Part shown: positions 31,183 through 42,640 of the stretch, piece after piece
Layout: every line of letters begins with the position of its first letter
Position numbering within the stretch: position 1 is the stretch's first letter
Origin: Pelagomonas calceolata
Taxonomy: Eukaryota
Length of the DNA: 64,000 bases
Assembly (NCBI GenBank): GCA_918797485.1
Contig: CAKKNE010000003.1
Coordinates: forward strand, 4,340,001-4,404,000
Reading direction: 5' to 3'
Position numbers and translations under genes: made by a program
The notes under the pieces: model-generated
Told to the model about the DNA's origin: nothing
The model's input: only the letters and a program-made list of their open reading frames with translations
The model's database searches: none

Positions 31183-33447
31183 CCGTCTCCGGACGTCTTT
31201 AAGTGTAACCTTATGGGTTGCGCGGCCCCGGCGGCGTTAAAATAAACTGGCAGTGTTTGGTTATCGGCAAGGGGTACCTAGGCCCTCGCGGCGCCAAAAA
31301 ACGGGGCTGCCGGGTGCCGCGCCGCTGATTATACCGGGCTCATTTACTGCTTCCATAGCGATACCCTCTGCGATAGCCTATACGCTTGCGTTAGCGACGT
31401 GAACCATCTTCGAGGCATCACATGCGTATGGGCAGGTAGCGCGGCGCATTTGAGGGTTAGCTACGTGCAGTTTATGTCTTACTCGAACGCGGGCGGCGGC
31501 GCGGCCCGAGGGGCTCTACAGACTCTCATCGCCGCTGGAAAAGTCCCAGTAACCTTTCTTGTTGGGGTCGTTGGCGATGTCGGCCAATGCCTTGGGTAGC
31601 TGGTGCGGAATGCGCTTCCAACCCATTGATTGGAGGTACTTCTTCTTCGTAATGCGTACTTGGCTATGCTCCTGCTTGCCCTTGCTCCAGCCCTTCAGGC
31701 GGATCGTGTCCTTGGCCGCCTCATCCTTGGACCAGAAGCAGTCGTCGAGGATCTCCGGGTCCATAGCCCAAAATTCTTCCTCGATGACTTTCCACAGCAA
31801 GTCTAATAACTTGTCCTTCGGCATCTGCTCCTTGAATTCATTGACGCGCTTGCGCACACGGCTGGCCAAGTGCGTCCACACCGCCTGGTCGAGGGCGTTG
31901 TGCGAGGGGCAGTGGCCTGCCTGCTTTCGGAATTTAATTCGGTACGTTTTGGCAGCCTTATCTAAAGTTTTGTGGTTCTCCGTCCGCGACGGAGGCCAAG
32001 TATGGTTGTCATAGCCGTGACCGGGTGCCCCATCTTCTTGTATTTCGATACAGTCCAATCCAGAGTCTTTGAAGTACTTTTGGACGGCTGCCAGGCCACC
32101 ATTCGTCTGAACCATCATCTCGCAGTACTTCGCACCATCCATGGAGCAGTCGACCTGGTACTTGTCACCCGCCTTTCTGCTGTAGACTGGCTCTCTAACC
32201 ATCTTTCCGACTTGTTTCGTGAATCGTTTGTCTGGTCTCAATGCGCGCCTTCTATGATGCCCTTTCGTATACTTTCTCCTCCGTCACCCGCCAGATGCTA
32301 CCTTGCCGTCTCGCTCCCAGCTCAACCCATCCTTTGACCGTTTTGGCTGCGAGACCATCGCCATGACCATGATCTTCATGAGGTGGTTCTTGTTTTTGCA
32401 TCGTTTGTACGCTTCCTTGGCTGGAGGCTCTTCTTTTTATGGTATGTGTACTTCTCGTGGTAACCAGGGACAAAGAAGTACTTTTCGTCGACATCGCGAT
32501 CTCTCGAAATTAGCTTGGCGATGTATTCGGCATCAGCCAATGCAGCGTCGGCGTGCTTCTGATCCACGATCCTGGGCCGTGGAGTGACGCCCGCGCCTGA
32601 AGGTGAAACCTTTTTTATCCAACCGTAGTGAGGCCGATGTTGTTACCCTCGCCGTCTTGGACCCCGATGGCGCACGTCGCGCGTCTTCAAAGCGCGGTTC
32701 TTTCTATAACATCGCGCGTCTGCTTAATAATCCGGGGGTCGTCGGCCTTGCTCGTCCTCCCCACGTTACCTTAGGATAAATTTCAGTTTAGTCTCCGCTG
32801 GGGGCCCATGGGGCCTGCCGTCGCGGCGCGCGAACCCCCCGTACCGACCCGAACGAGCGGCGCTCTCTCGCGTGGCGTCGACGCAGTCGCTGGGCGACTC
32901 TCGGCGGCCGTTGAAGTGACCAAAGGACGCTGCAGATGTACCTTTTTTTCTCGAGTCTGTGGTTCCGGTAGCTTTTAGTCTCTTTTTGAGGCGCGAGATG
33001 GTGGCTTTCGTCGTCTGATAGTGCTCCAGCACGTCAGCACACGTGCCCGGTAATGCGTTCGCCTTGACCAGCTCGTACTCGCGTAATAGGTTCGCCGCGG
33101 CGCAGTTGGTGAGGTTTGATTTCCTGCCTTTACCATGTTTTAGCTGAAAATACGGGGGCTCTTCGTCCTTGAAGCGATGCTTGTAGAGGCAGATGCTTGG
33201 CACGAGGTTCTCGAACTTAACGGGGTGCGGAATGTCGCGGCTGCCCGTCGGGCTAAAGAGGGCCTTGCGCTTGACCGAAACAGGCGGCGGCGGTCCCACA
33301 AACCGCGGAGAGAGCGGCGGCACATTGGGGATGAGGCCGCGCACGGCTGCGGCATTCAACAGCATATTTAAAGGCTCCAATTGCGTGCACCGTTGACGCT
33401 CGGTACAAAAATCTTTGAACGGTTACACTTATTCTAGGCCGGAGAGG
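31183..33447 (-). mobile_element. Tc1/mariner element with a frameshifted transposase (about 31516-33380)
   Basis: TA-flanked imperfect TIRs CCGTCTCCGG...TAAGTGTAACC / revcomp CCTCTCCGG...TAAGTGTAACC; HTH, DVDEKYF, IQEDGAPGH, QAGHCPSHNALD. Confidence 0.85.
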
Positions 33448-33478
33448 TATATCGAAAACGTAGGTACTACAGCGATTG

Positions 33479-33685
33479 TGCTATGATACTGTAGTTACCT
33501 TTATCTAGAGCTCCTCTCAGGTTCTAGTAGATATCAGAGGCTAGTGGCCTGTATCTTAGGATACTTCCTTCTCCCTCTTAATCTCCTTTATTCCAACTCT
33601 GTCTTCTCAGCCTGAGGGCGTACACTCTGAGGGACGACATGGTGGGCAGCAATCTCATAAAACTTAAACGGTACGGTGCTTTGCA
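33479..33685 (+). repeat. LTR family D (207 bp, TG...CA); partial copy at about 51187-51297
   Basis: TG/CA ends; last 21 nt shared with LTR B. Confidence 0.6.
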
Positions 33686-33770
33686 CATGGAGTAGGTTGA
33701 CGTCAGTGATTGAAGACCAAGCTCACTCATCATAGACTCGGAGGAGAGGACTATCAAGATCCAGGGGGAG

Positions 33771-33972
33771 TGCGAAGAATATACCCCTAGTACCCGAGAT
33801 ACATATCCTTTCCCTAATCCCTATCAACACGTCAACACAGTAAAAATGAGTGAACTTATTATTACATCTAGTGCTTATATTATACCCGGGGATTCACCTA
33901 TGACCTCAGTCGCCAATACCGTTGCCATGACCACCTTAGCTGTACACACATTGCAGTCCCTTATTTTCTACA
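33771..33972 (+). repeat. LTR family C, 3' LTR
   Basis: 202 bp TGCGAAG...TTCTACA preceded by PPT AGGGGGAG. Confidence 0.85.
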
Positions 33973-34052
33973 AAGCCACGCAGCAAATCATGTTAATAAC
34001 GTCGATGACGGGGTTTCTGACCAGTTCCGCCATGGGCTGTGGGCCCATAACC

Positions 34053-34254
34053 TGTAGAAAATAAGGGGCTGCAATGTGTGTACAGCAAAGGAGGTCATGG
34101 CAACGGTATTGGCGACTGAGGTCATAGGTGAATCCCCGTTTATAATATAAGCACTAGATGTAATAATAAGTTCACTCATTTTTACTGTGTTGACGTGTTG
34201 ATAGGGATTAGGGAAAGGATATGTATCTCGGGTACTAGGGGTATATTCTTCGCA
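34053..34254 (-). repeat. LTR family C, 5' LTR in the opposite orientation
   Basis: Inverted copy of 33771-33972, followed on the minus strand by PBS GGTTATGGGCCCAC. Confidence 0.85.
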
Positions 34255-34398
34255 CAATCGCTGTACTGACCGCACAGGCTGGTACCGTACCGTAGGTAGG
34301 TACCTACGGTACGGCTTTCACGAGGCAGGCATTTATCTGCCTCTAGTCTATGATCTGCTGCTCGTCGTTCCAGGCTCACGGGCCCGACACACGGCGCC

Positions 34399-36093
34399 AT
34401 GCGCAACGGCAAGTCCTACAAGGCGGCCGCGGCGCCCGCGCGCAAGAGCAGCCCCAAGGGCCCGTGGCGCAGCGTGAACCCCGCGCGCAAGGCCGCCTGG
34501 CCCCAGCTCGGCCCGGAGACGAGCGCCTGGCGCGCGCTCGACGCGGCGGCGCCGCCCGCCGCGGCGCCGCCGGCGCGCGGCACGCAGACGGACGCGCGGC
34601 CCGGGCCCGAGGTCGTCGCGCGGGCGGACCTGGCGGCGGCCGCGGACGGCTTTGCGCACCCGCTCGCGGCGGACGTGTGGCGGGGGCGGTGGCGCGGGCG
34701 CGACGTGGCCGTGCGCCGCGCGCGCGACGTCGACGGCTTCCGGCGCGACGTCGACGCGCTGCTGCGCGTCCGCCACCGGCACGTGAACCCGCTGCTGGCC
34801 TTCTCGCTCGCGCCGGGCGCGCCGCTCCTGGCGGCGCCCTACCTGCCGGGCGGGTCCGTCGCGGCCGCGCTCGCGGCCGCCGAGGCCGCCGCGGCCCTGG
34901 CCGCGGGCGCGCGCGTGCGCGCGCTGGCCGACGCGGGCCGCGGCCTCGCGCACCTGCACGGCGTCCACGTGTGCGCGGGCGACGTCGCGGCGCCGACGAT
35001 CCTCCTCGACGCCGACGCGCGGGCCCGGCTCTGCCTCGGCGGCGCCGGGCGCTGCCGCGTCGTCGACGGGTCGTGCCCGATTTTAGCCGCCGCGGCGCCG
35101 CGGCGCGGCTACGGGCCGCCGGACCCGCCGCCGCCGTCGCCGGCGGCGCTCCGGGCCGCGGACGTGTACGCGCTGGGCGTCGTCGCCCTCGAGCTGCTGA
35201 CGGGCCGCGCGGCGTTCGACGAGGGCGCGGAGCCGCGGCGGCTCGCGCGGCGGGCGCGCTTCGTGCCGGACCGCAGGTGCGCGTGGTCCACGCGCGCCGC
35301 GGACGCGCTGGCGGCCGTCGCCGGGCGGTGCCTCGCGGCGGCGACGCCGTCCGCCGCGAGCGTCAGCGACGAGTTGGACCGGGCGGCCGCCGACGTCGTC
35401 GACGGGCACGGGGACGCCGTCTCCGCGCTCCTGGAGGGCCTGCACCTCTCCCACCTGCGGCCAAAGTTCGCCGAGGAGGACGTGCGCGACCTCGCGACCT
35501 GCGCCCTCCTGGAGTCCGACGAGCTGGAGCGCCTGGGCCTGGACGCCGACGCCGCCGCGCGCTTCGCGGCGGCGGCCATCGCGCGGGCGCCGCCCCTCGC
35601 CGCCCCGGCCGGGCTGCTGGACGCGGTCGCCGCCCGGCGGGCGGCGACCGCCGCCCTGCCCCGGTGCCGGCGGGCCGCCTGGCTCGCGACGCTCGCGGCG
35701 GGGTCCGCGGTGGACGCGCGCGACAGCGAGGGGCGGTGGTTCGACGGCGTCGTGACGGCCGCGGAGGCCGACCGCGTCCGGGTCCACTTCCGGGGCTGGC
35801 AGGACACCTGGGACGTCTGGATCGAAACGCGGGACGAGCTGCGGCTGCAGCCGCCCTTCGCGCGGACGGACGACTGGCGCGCGTCGCTCGCGGCCGGCGA
35901 CGCGTGCGAGGTGCGCGACGCCAAGGGCCCCATGTGGTTCCAGGGGAGGGTCGTCGGGACGACGGAGGAGGCCGTCGCCGTGCGCACGTCGACGGGCGTC
36001 GTGTACGACGTGGCCCGGGCGTCGGAGCGGCTCTGCCGGATCGGCACGCACGGCGCGCGGGGGCGGACCCCTGCGCGCCCCGTGTCGACGTGA
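34399..36093 (+). CDS. Pseudokinase + SAM + two Tudor/Agenet-like domains
   Basis: VWRGRWRGRDVAVR, RHRHVNPLLAF, GLAHLH, ADVYALGVVALELLTG; LLEGLHLSHLRPKF...LERLGL (SAM); VDARDSEGRWF...VHFRGWQDTWDVWI. Confidence 0.8.
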   Translation: MRNGKSYKAAAAPARKSSPKGPWRSVNPARKAAWPQLGPETSAWRALDAAAPPAAAPPARGTQTDARPGPEVVARADLAAAADGFAHPLAADVWRGRWRGRDVAVRRARDVDGFRRDVDALLRVRHRHVNPLLAFSLAPGAPLLAAPYLPGGSVAAALAAAEAAAALAAGARVRALADAGRGLAHLHGVHVCAGDVAAPTILLDADARARLCLGGAGRCRVVDGSCPILAAAAPRRGYGPPDPPPPSPAALRAADVYALGVVALELLTGRAAFDEGAEPRRLARRARFVPDRRCAWSTRAADALAAVAGRCLAAATPSAASVSDELDRAAADVVDGHGDAVSALLEGLHLSHLRPKFAEEDVRDLATCALLESDELERLGLDADAAARFAAAAIARAPPLAAPAGLLDAVAARRAATAALPRCRRAAWLATLAAGSAVDARDSEGRWFDGVVTAAEADRVRVHFRGWQDTWDVWIETRDELRLQPPFARTDDWRASLAAGDACEVRDAKGPMWFQGRVVGTTEEAVAVRTSTGVVYDVARASERLCRIGTHGARGRTPARPVST

Positions 36094-36346
36094 GACTTGT
36101 GTTTGTGTAATTGCGTGTTGCAAGTAGTATAAATATAATAGTGACTGTCACCCTGCCAACGGTGCCGGGCTGCCCGGACACCACTGGCAGAAATTCCCGG
36201 GCCGGCGGCCGGGCCCTTGTGGCAACGGCCTCTTTTCCACTTATAAATCTCCCAAATTTTATCTTAGCTTCACTATCCTAGTCTCATTTATATTGGTTAG
36301 ATACCCGGATAGAATAGGCCTAGTGAATACTGCGGTACGGTACCTA

Positions 36347-37000
36347 CGGGGTCGACTCACCATAAAGCCAACCGGAATCATCCATAATACGGAAAATAAG
36401 TTTTTCGCCCTTAGACTACCTAATAATACCCCTCAAGGCCCACGAAAGCGCGCGGCTGTGCTGATGGGTGCGCGAACCCCACCGCGGTGCCGCCGCGCCG
36501 CTCGACGACGGTCGCGCGGTCGCGGTCGACATGCTGTTCGTGCGCGCCGCGTGTCCAGGGCAGCCTTCGGAAGTAGCCCGTTCGCGCCCGCCGTCCGGGA
36601 CGCGGTTCGGGCAGCGATTAGGGCGCGCGTAGCGCCTCCTTACACTGGTCTTGCTGGTTGGCGGCCTCTGTGGCGCAACGCGCGCGAATTTTTCGGCGCG
36701 CGTGGGCGCCGGCGCGCGTGGACGTCTTATCAAGTGCTGCTGTGTGCTGTGCGTACCGATTGGGCCGCGCGCGGCCGCAAAAAGTGGGCTGCTCTGAGCT
36801 CGTGCGGGTTACGAGGTTTGCTAGCGGGTCTTTTCACTAGAGGGACTTTACTCCAATGGATCGGGCGGGACCCGCCCGTCTCAAAACCGTCGAGTCCCCC
36901 CTTCAGAAGTACCCGGAAGCCTGCGTATGGCAACCTACTAGTAACCTACTAGTACTTTTTAAATTCTTTGTTGGGTATTCGTTTTTGGTGAGTCGACCCT
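36347..37000. mobile_element. MITE, probably Tc1/mariner type
   Basis: Inverted ends GGGTCGACTCACCA (36349) / TGGTGAGTCGACCC (36986-36999) in a TA context; no credible ORF. Confidence 0.65.
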
Positions 37001-37008
37001 ACGGTACT

Positions 37009-37824
37009 TAGCAAGAGTATGTCGCAGCGTTATGTAAGTAGCAGGGTCCTAGCTAACCAGCTTAGAGCTGATAGGCCTGACTGCGAGAGTGTTTTATAGT
37101 GAACTGTTGTTACACCGTAGTGCTTTTGACACTCGATGTATAGACTCAAATATTAGAGAGTGGGAGATACATATCTAGGGTAGGAAGGGCTAGTAGGTTT
37201 CTCTCTCTACTCCCCCTGGGCGCGAGCGTCCACTAGATGCGCTTCCACTAGAGGATGTATCAACTCAGTCTATTCACAGGCATAGTCTGGGTTTTCACCT
37301 CTTGATTCTTCGAAGGCTCGATTTAATTCACGCACTTCATCCTCAAATTTTCTGGTGAGCCTTTCCTCTAACGCTTCACGGTCTGCTTCCAGCCGCTTGA
37401 TTTGTTCTTCGTGTTTCTGTTGGAGCTGAGCTTGTGATCATGATTGTTCGATCGCGTTTTGAACGAGCCGTTTAAGTTCTTCTTGTTCCATCGCTGGATA
37501 TTCACTTTCTTCGCTCTGTTGGGGTGTTTTCTCTTTAGATTTCTTTTTGGGTGTTTTTCCTTGTTTAGGCATTCACTGTAAAACACTCTACGTCAATAGG
37601 CAGAACCCTGTGGGCCCATAACCTAGCAAGAGTATGTCGCAGCGTTATGTAAGTAGCAGGGTCCTAGCTAACCAGCTTAGAGCTGATAGGCCTGACTGCG
37701 AGAGTGTTTTATAGTGAACTGTTGTTACACCGTAGTGCTTTTGACACTCGATGTATAGACTCAAATATTAGAGAGTGGGAGATACATATCTAGGGTAGGA
37801 AGGGCTAGTAGGTTTCTCTCTCTA
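37009..37824 (-). mobile_element. Complete copia-type TRIM, family A
   Basis: Two apparently identical 201-bp LTRs (37009-37209, 37624-37824), PBS GGTTATGGGCCCAC, PPT AGGGGGAG, 5-bp TSD GTACT, 414-bp non-coding interior. Confidence 0.95.
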
Positions 37825-37970
37825 GTACTCTTGCTAATACTGCGGTACCTACCTACGGTACGGTACTCTTGCTACTGGTACCAGCAAGTACCGCAGTACT
37901 GTCGACAGTGTGACCTGTTGCCCATGGGTAGCAATGCCAATCTCGTCAGTCCGAGGTCGCATCATTGATC

Positions 37971-38834
37971 ATGACCGCCCGCGACGCTTCGGCGGCGTGG
38001 CAGCGCTTGGCAATCTGGGGCAGCGTTTTGCGTGTGATCAGCTGGCCGGTCGTCGTCCGGGGCGCGGCCGCTGCGGCTGGCGGCGCGTTCGAGCGTTGCA
38101 GCAACGCGCATGCGCAGCAGTTGAAGAACATGATGCAGCCGGCCGAAATCCAATTGATCAGCCAACTGATCAACCAGACGGGCGCGTCGAGTTACTTCGA
38201 GTGGGGCACGGGCGGGTCCACCGACAGCTTCCCGCGTGCGCTGCCGCGGGGGGGGCGCGCCGTCGCCGTGGAGAACTTCCCCGCGTGGTGTAGCCGCGTG
38301 CGCGCGGCGCCGTTCGCCAGCTGCGCGATCGCGGCGGGCGCCCTCGAGTACCGGTGCCTCGCACCCGAGAATGAGACGGTCGGCGGCGCCGGCTACCCCG
38401 CAGCGTGGCTGCGCAACCACTCCGACGCGGCGAGCACCCGGGCCTTCGGGTCCTACATCGACGCGATCGGCAAGGACGCACCGCCGGGTGGGTGGGATGC
38501 GGTCCTCGTCGACGGTCGCTTCCGCGTCGCGTGCCTGCTCGAGGCTCTCAAGTTCACGACACCCAACGCGACTATTTTCCTCCACGATGCGAGCCGCTTC
38601 GTCGCGCTGGACTCGGCGCGCCTCGAGGCCAAGTACGCACAACTGCGCGCTCCAGCGGACCATGAGGAGCTCGTCCGCCTCCACAGGACCCACTTTACCA
38701 TCGAGAAGTACTATGAGGTCGCAGCGCGCGCGGGCAACCTGGTCCAGCTACGGCGGCGCAGCGGCGCGCCCGGCGCCGCCGATGCTGCCGACGTCACGAC
38801 GTATCGGCGCGACCCCCACCGGCGGAGAGCTTAA
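37971..38834 (+). CDS. Class I SAM methyltransferase-like protein, likely secreted/Golgi
   Basis: YFEWGTGGST, VAVEN, DAVLVDGRFRVAC, IFLHD. Confidence 0.8.
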   Translation: MTARDASAAWQRLAIWGSVLRVISWPVVVRGAAAAAGGAFERCSNAHAQQLKNMMQPAEIQLISQLINQTGASSYFEWGTGGSTDSFPRALPRGGRAVAVENFPAWCSRVRAAPFASCAIAAGALEYRCLAPENETVGGAGYPAAWLRNHSDAASTRAFGSYIDAIGKDAPPGGWDAVLVDGRFRVACLLEALKFTTPNATIFLHDASRFVALDSARLEAKYAQLRAPADHEELVRLHRTHFTIEKYYEVAARAGNLVQLRRRSGAPGAADAADVTTYRRDPHRRRA

Positions 38835-39251
38835 CGTGTACTGTGTCCCAGGATAAATTCATGAATGACCACAAGCCTTCAAGTTGAGTCTGATCTGGGA
38901 TCGGAGTGTACTAGTAGTACTAGTACTAGTACGATTACACATAGTACTATTTTTGAGTGTCCGAAACTGGACGACATCAGAGGAGTTTTCTCCAGAAATT
39001 AGAAACGATCTTACCCGAGACGCGCAACATGACGAACGCGGATTGCCTGGCTTTGTTGATGGGAGATGATCCGCCTCAGGAGATTGAGAATTTGCTCTAC
39101 CGTTTTTTGGCGTCTCTTTTTAGGCGCCGGCTGGGTATCCTAGCCGCGCAGGGAGAAGGCCTCTAGAGGCTTGGTGTATGTCCTTTTCTTTAGGATATTC
39201 CTTCCTTAATTATTTATTTACGCCGCAGCGCCGCCGCGTCCGGGCACGCCG

Positions 39252-40217
39252 TCACGTCGCCGTGAGGCGCCTTTGATGGGCCGCCGGGTCGAAGAAACTG
39301 CGCGCGACGACCTCGTGGGCCCACGTCGCGTTGACCGCGCGGAGGTCCGCGTCGAGGTCTAGATGGAGGTTGCGCTCGCCCCGGCGGTCCAGCGCCCACC
39401 GGCGGTCGTGGTCTACCCAGACGCCCTGGAAGGGCCGGCCCGTCCGCAGGTCCAACGACCCGTTCGATTGCCGCTGGGCCACGACGCAGTTGACGGCGAT
39501 CATGTTCAGGTTGTGGTTGGGCACCTTGTTGCCCCCGCGGCAGTTCCCCTCGACCTCGCACGCTTCCAGGAAAGCCACGACGTCCTCCACCACTCCCTGG
39601 ACGAGGTCGCGATCGCCGCCGAGCAGACCCGCGTTGAGGTAGCCCCGCTGACATTTCTGCAGGAACGCCTGGCAGCGGGGCGGCGCCGCCCGCGCCCGGT
39701 TGCCGCAGCCGCCGGCGTTGACGCCGGCGTAGAGCGCGTGCGCCGCCAGGCGTGGGACCGGATCAATCGAAAGTAACGTGTCACGGCCGTCGCAGATCAT
39801 GAGCCGCCGCACCTGCGGAAAGGCCCGCAGGAATGCGACGTAGAGCACGAACCGGAAGTCATTTGGCGACCACGCCGCGCGCGTATCGATGGAGGCCGGC
39901 GTCCACACGACGGCATGTGCCGGGTGCAGCGGCAGGCACTCCTTCCAGTCGATGACCACGAATGACGTGTTCGACCCGCCGCGGGCCAGCGCGCGCGTCG
40001 AGTTGAGGAACTGGCCCACCTGCACGAGGCCCGCTAGATTATGGTGGCCTTGGTGGTGGTCGATTCGGTCGCAGACGGCCGCGCACAGCAGCACGCACTC
40101 GCCGACGCCGGGCGCCGACCCGCGCGCCGACGCCCCGCGCGCCCGCGTCGCGGCCTTCGTGACCGCGACGAGGTTCTGGCTCGTCGCTATTGAAACGAGG
40201 AGCAGCGGCAGCCACAT
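39252..40217 (-). CDS. GT-A-fold glycosyltransferase-like protein
   Basis: Signal peptide MWLPLLLVSIATS; NDFRF..Y..FL, LMICDGRDT, YLNAGLLGG. Confidence 0.65.
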   Translation of the reverse strand: MWLPLLLVSIATSQNLVAVTKAATRARGASARGSAPGVGECVLLCAAVCDRIDHHQGHHNLAGLVQVGQFLNSTRALARGGSNTSFVVIDWKECLPLHPAHAVVWTPASIDTRAAWSPNDFRFVLYVAFLRAFPQVRRLMICDGRDTLLSIDPVPRLAAHALYAGVNAGGCGNRARAAPPRCQAFLQKCQRGYLNAGLLGGDRDLVQGVVEDVVAFLEACEVEGNCRGGNKVPNHNLNMIAVNCVVAQRQSNGSLDLRTGRPFQGVWVDHDRRWALDRRGERNLHLDLDADLRAVNATWAHEVVARSFFDPAAHQRRLTAT

Positions 40218-42640
40218 ACGTGCGTCAGATCGCGCCCGCATCTCGGTGCGTAGCGCTGGGACAGCATTGCCAGCTGCCCCTCATCGGAGCGCAGTTCGCT
40301 GGCCACCAGTGACAAGCCTGCACCAGCTCTACTGCAGCTTGACGGCCGGAGGCTGCCGGACTGGTGGCACAATGCGTGCCCAATATCACGCGGTGCCAAC
40401 TATCACTGCCAATAACAGGTCAAACTCGTACCATATTCGAACCTGCCTGCGGTACTAACCCATCTGTCTCAGCCGGAGTCGTTTTACCCGTCTCAAAAGG
40501 GCGGAAATGAACGGCACAGCCCGACGTGCATCATTCTATACATATCAAGCAAGGTGCTTGGCAGTGCGCGGCCCTCAAGGCCAACTTGAAGTCCTCAAAG
40601 TTTTCAATCCAGAGCTATCTGGAGAGCCCCAAGCGCCAGCGCATGCGGTGTAGGTGGCTGTATTTTGGCGAGCCACAGATTTAGTGATCTAGCGTATCGA
40701 CACACTAGGAATCCGTATAATAAATAAACGTAACGAACCCTATCTAACCAAACGTGGTCAGGTATCTAGACGAGCAGCCGCCGGTAATCGTACAAAAAGC
40801 TATGGCGGGACAGGCTAAAAGTGGCTCTGTGGTGCACCACAGCGGGCTGCGAGGCTGCCTGATGACTGGGGAGTTTGGCTGCATCTAAAAATAATAATAT
40901 TGAAGGGAATTGACTTCAGCAGCTGTTGGAGCGCGATACGCCATTTGAAACCCCCTGGGCCTCAAATCATCTGCCGAATCCCCGCATATGCCCGCCGTGG
41001 TGGCTGGGAAGGCATACAACAAAAAGTCCTAGACATTCAGCGCGATATTCGCCCGATGCACGGTACGGCGAGAAACGCGGACCACGCATAGACCGACATC
41101 CCATGGGCCTCTGCCGCTGCTTTTTGTCTCAGATCATCGGCGGCCACACGGACGATGATATCCGACACTGCGATGGCCCGATCGGCTCGAAACTGCGCCA
41201 AAAAAGACGATCGCATGTCTTTTTTCATGGTTTTTGGCCGTATCTCGGCGAGAAGGGATTCGTTTGCTGCCGCGTTTTCGGCATTGCGTCGCCCGGCTGC
41301 CCGCGACCACGACTTAGACTAAGTGTTTTGCACGAGGATGCCCGCGCGCTGACGTACACACGGATTACAAGCTGCTCATCTTCTGCTGACTACCTGTAAT
41401 GTAATGAAACTGCCTAGACAACGTTTGGAGGGAGGGGGGTCGAAACGAACTTGAATAAATATCGGGATCTGGCACGACTGGGTTGAACGTATAATTCCAC
41501 GGGCAGCACCAACCGTGTACAATACTTCCACCTGCCTTTGCGATGGCCTCGAGGAAATCCGTAACGTCCTCCTTACTATGGTTGGTCCCAGGGCCCTGCC
41601 ATACGCAGACGCTCGCATACCTCCGTATGCGCCGCATGCAGGCGCGTATTTGGTGTTTTTCTAGGACCCTTACCATCGTAATTTTTGTGGGTCTGGGGGC
41701 AATTTCTTTGCTGGGGGGTATACCCTAGTTGAAGGTCGATGTTGAACTTGAACCATTTACCCCCCTACTACGGCCCACGTATGCAGACGCGCATGCGGGA
41801 GCGATCTCAGAAGTACGCATGGAGGGGTACGAGTTTGGACATACGTAAGTATGGCAGGGCCCTGGTTGGTCCCGCGGGTCGGTTCTCCGTCTCGGCGGAG
41901 CGGATTTCCCGGTTCCACATCGCACGCTACTCGTATATTCGCGTCCCACAACACGAACGAATGCGAATCGTTACCGCGCCGCCGCGCTCGGGCAAATTCT
42001 CTACATACACCGGCCTCGAAGGCCTTTCGGTCAACGGAGAAGCCCTTGCGGGAACTTGAAAATTCCGAGTCTGACGAACGGTTATTCATCGCCCTCTGAA
42101 GGCGAGCTCCCGTAACCGGAGCCTCGCCCAAGGCGGAGGTCTAATAAATAAATAAATTATGGCGGGCGCCCTGTGGGGGGCGAGTGGACTAAAGGGGCTG
42201 GGGGCCCGGCCGCCCGGCGGGCAGCCCGGGTGCGCTTAGCGATCGTCGCTAGGACGCTAGTGTGTAGTCAAATAAATAAATAAATAAATAAATTAAGGAA
42301 GACCTGGTGACCTAAGAAAAGGAACAAGCTCCTAAGAGCCTTCTCCCTGCTCGGTCAGTATATAGATATATATATATGTATATAAATATATATAGTATAC
42401 ATGTATACAGGCCCAGGCGATGGCTTTTGAAAACAGACCTCTCCGACCGACTCCCGAGGACCCCCGAAGTGAAGTTCAGAGCTTAATTCCCGCTCTGCAA
42501 GCTAGTGTCGCCGTGTACTTAGGATGCCCCTGGGACCCAACAGCCCCCGGATGGCCAGCCCCCCCCTTACGCTATTAGAAAATCTCACCTTGTTCCGACC
42601 TCTAGTTCCGATCCCTTGGGCGAGGGGGGACCGCGCAGGC

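Noticed and set aside
33846..34275. Paired ORFs MSELIITSSAYII...
   Set aside because: Translations of the inverted LTR C copies, not genes.
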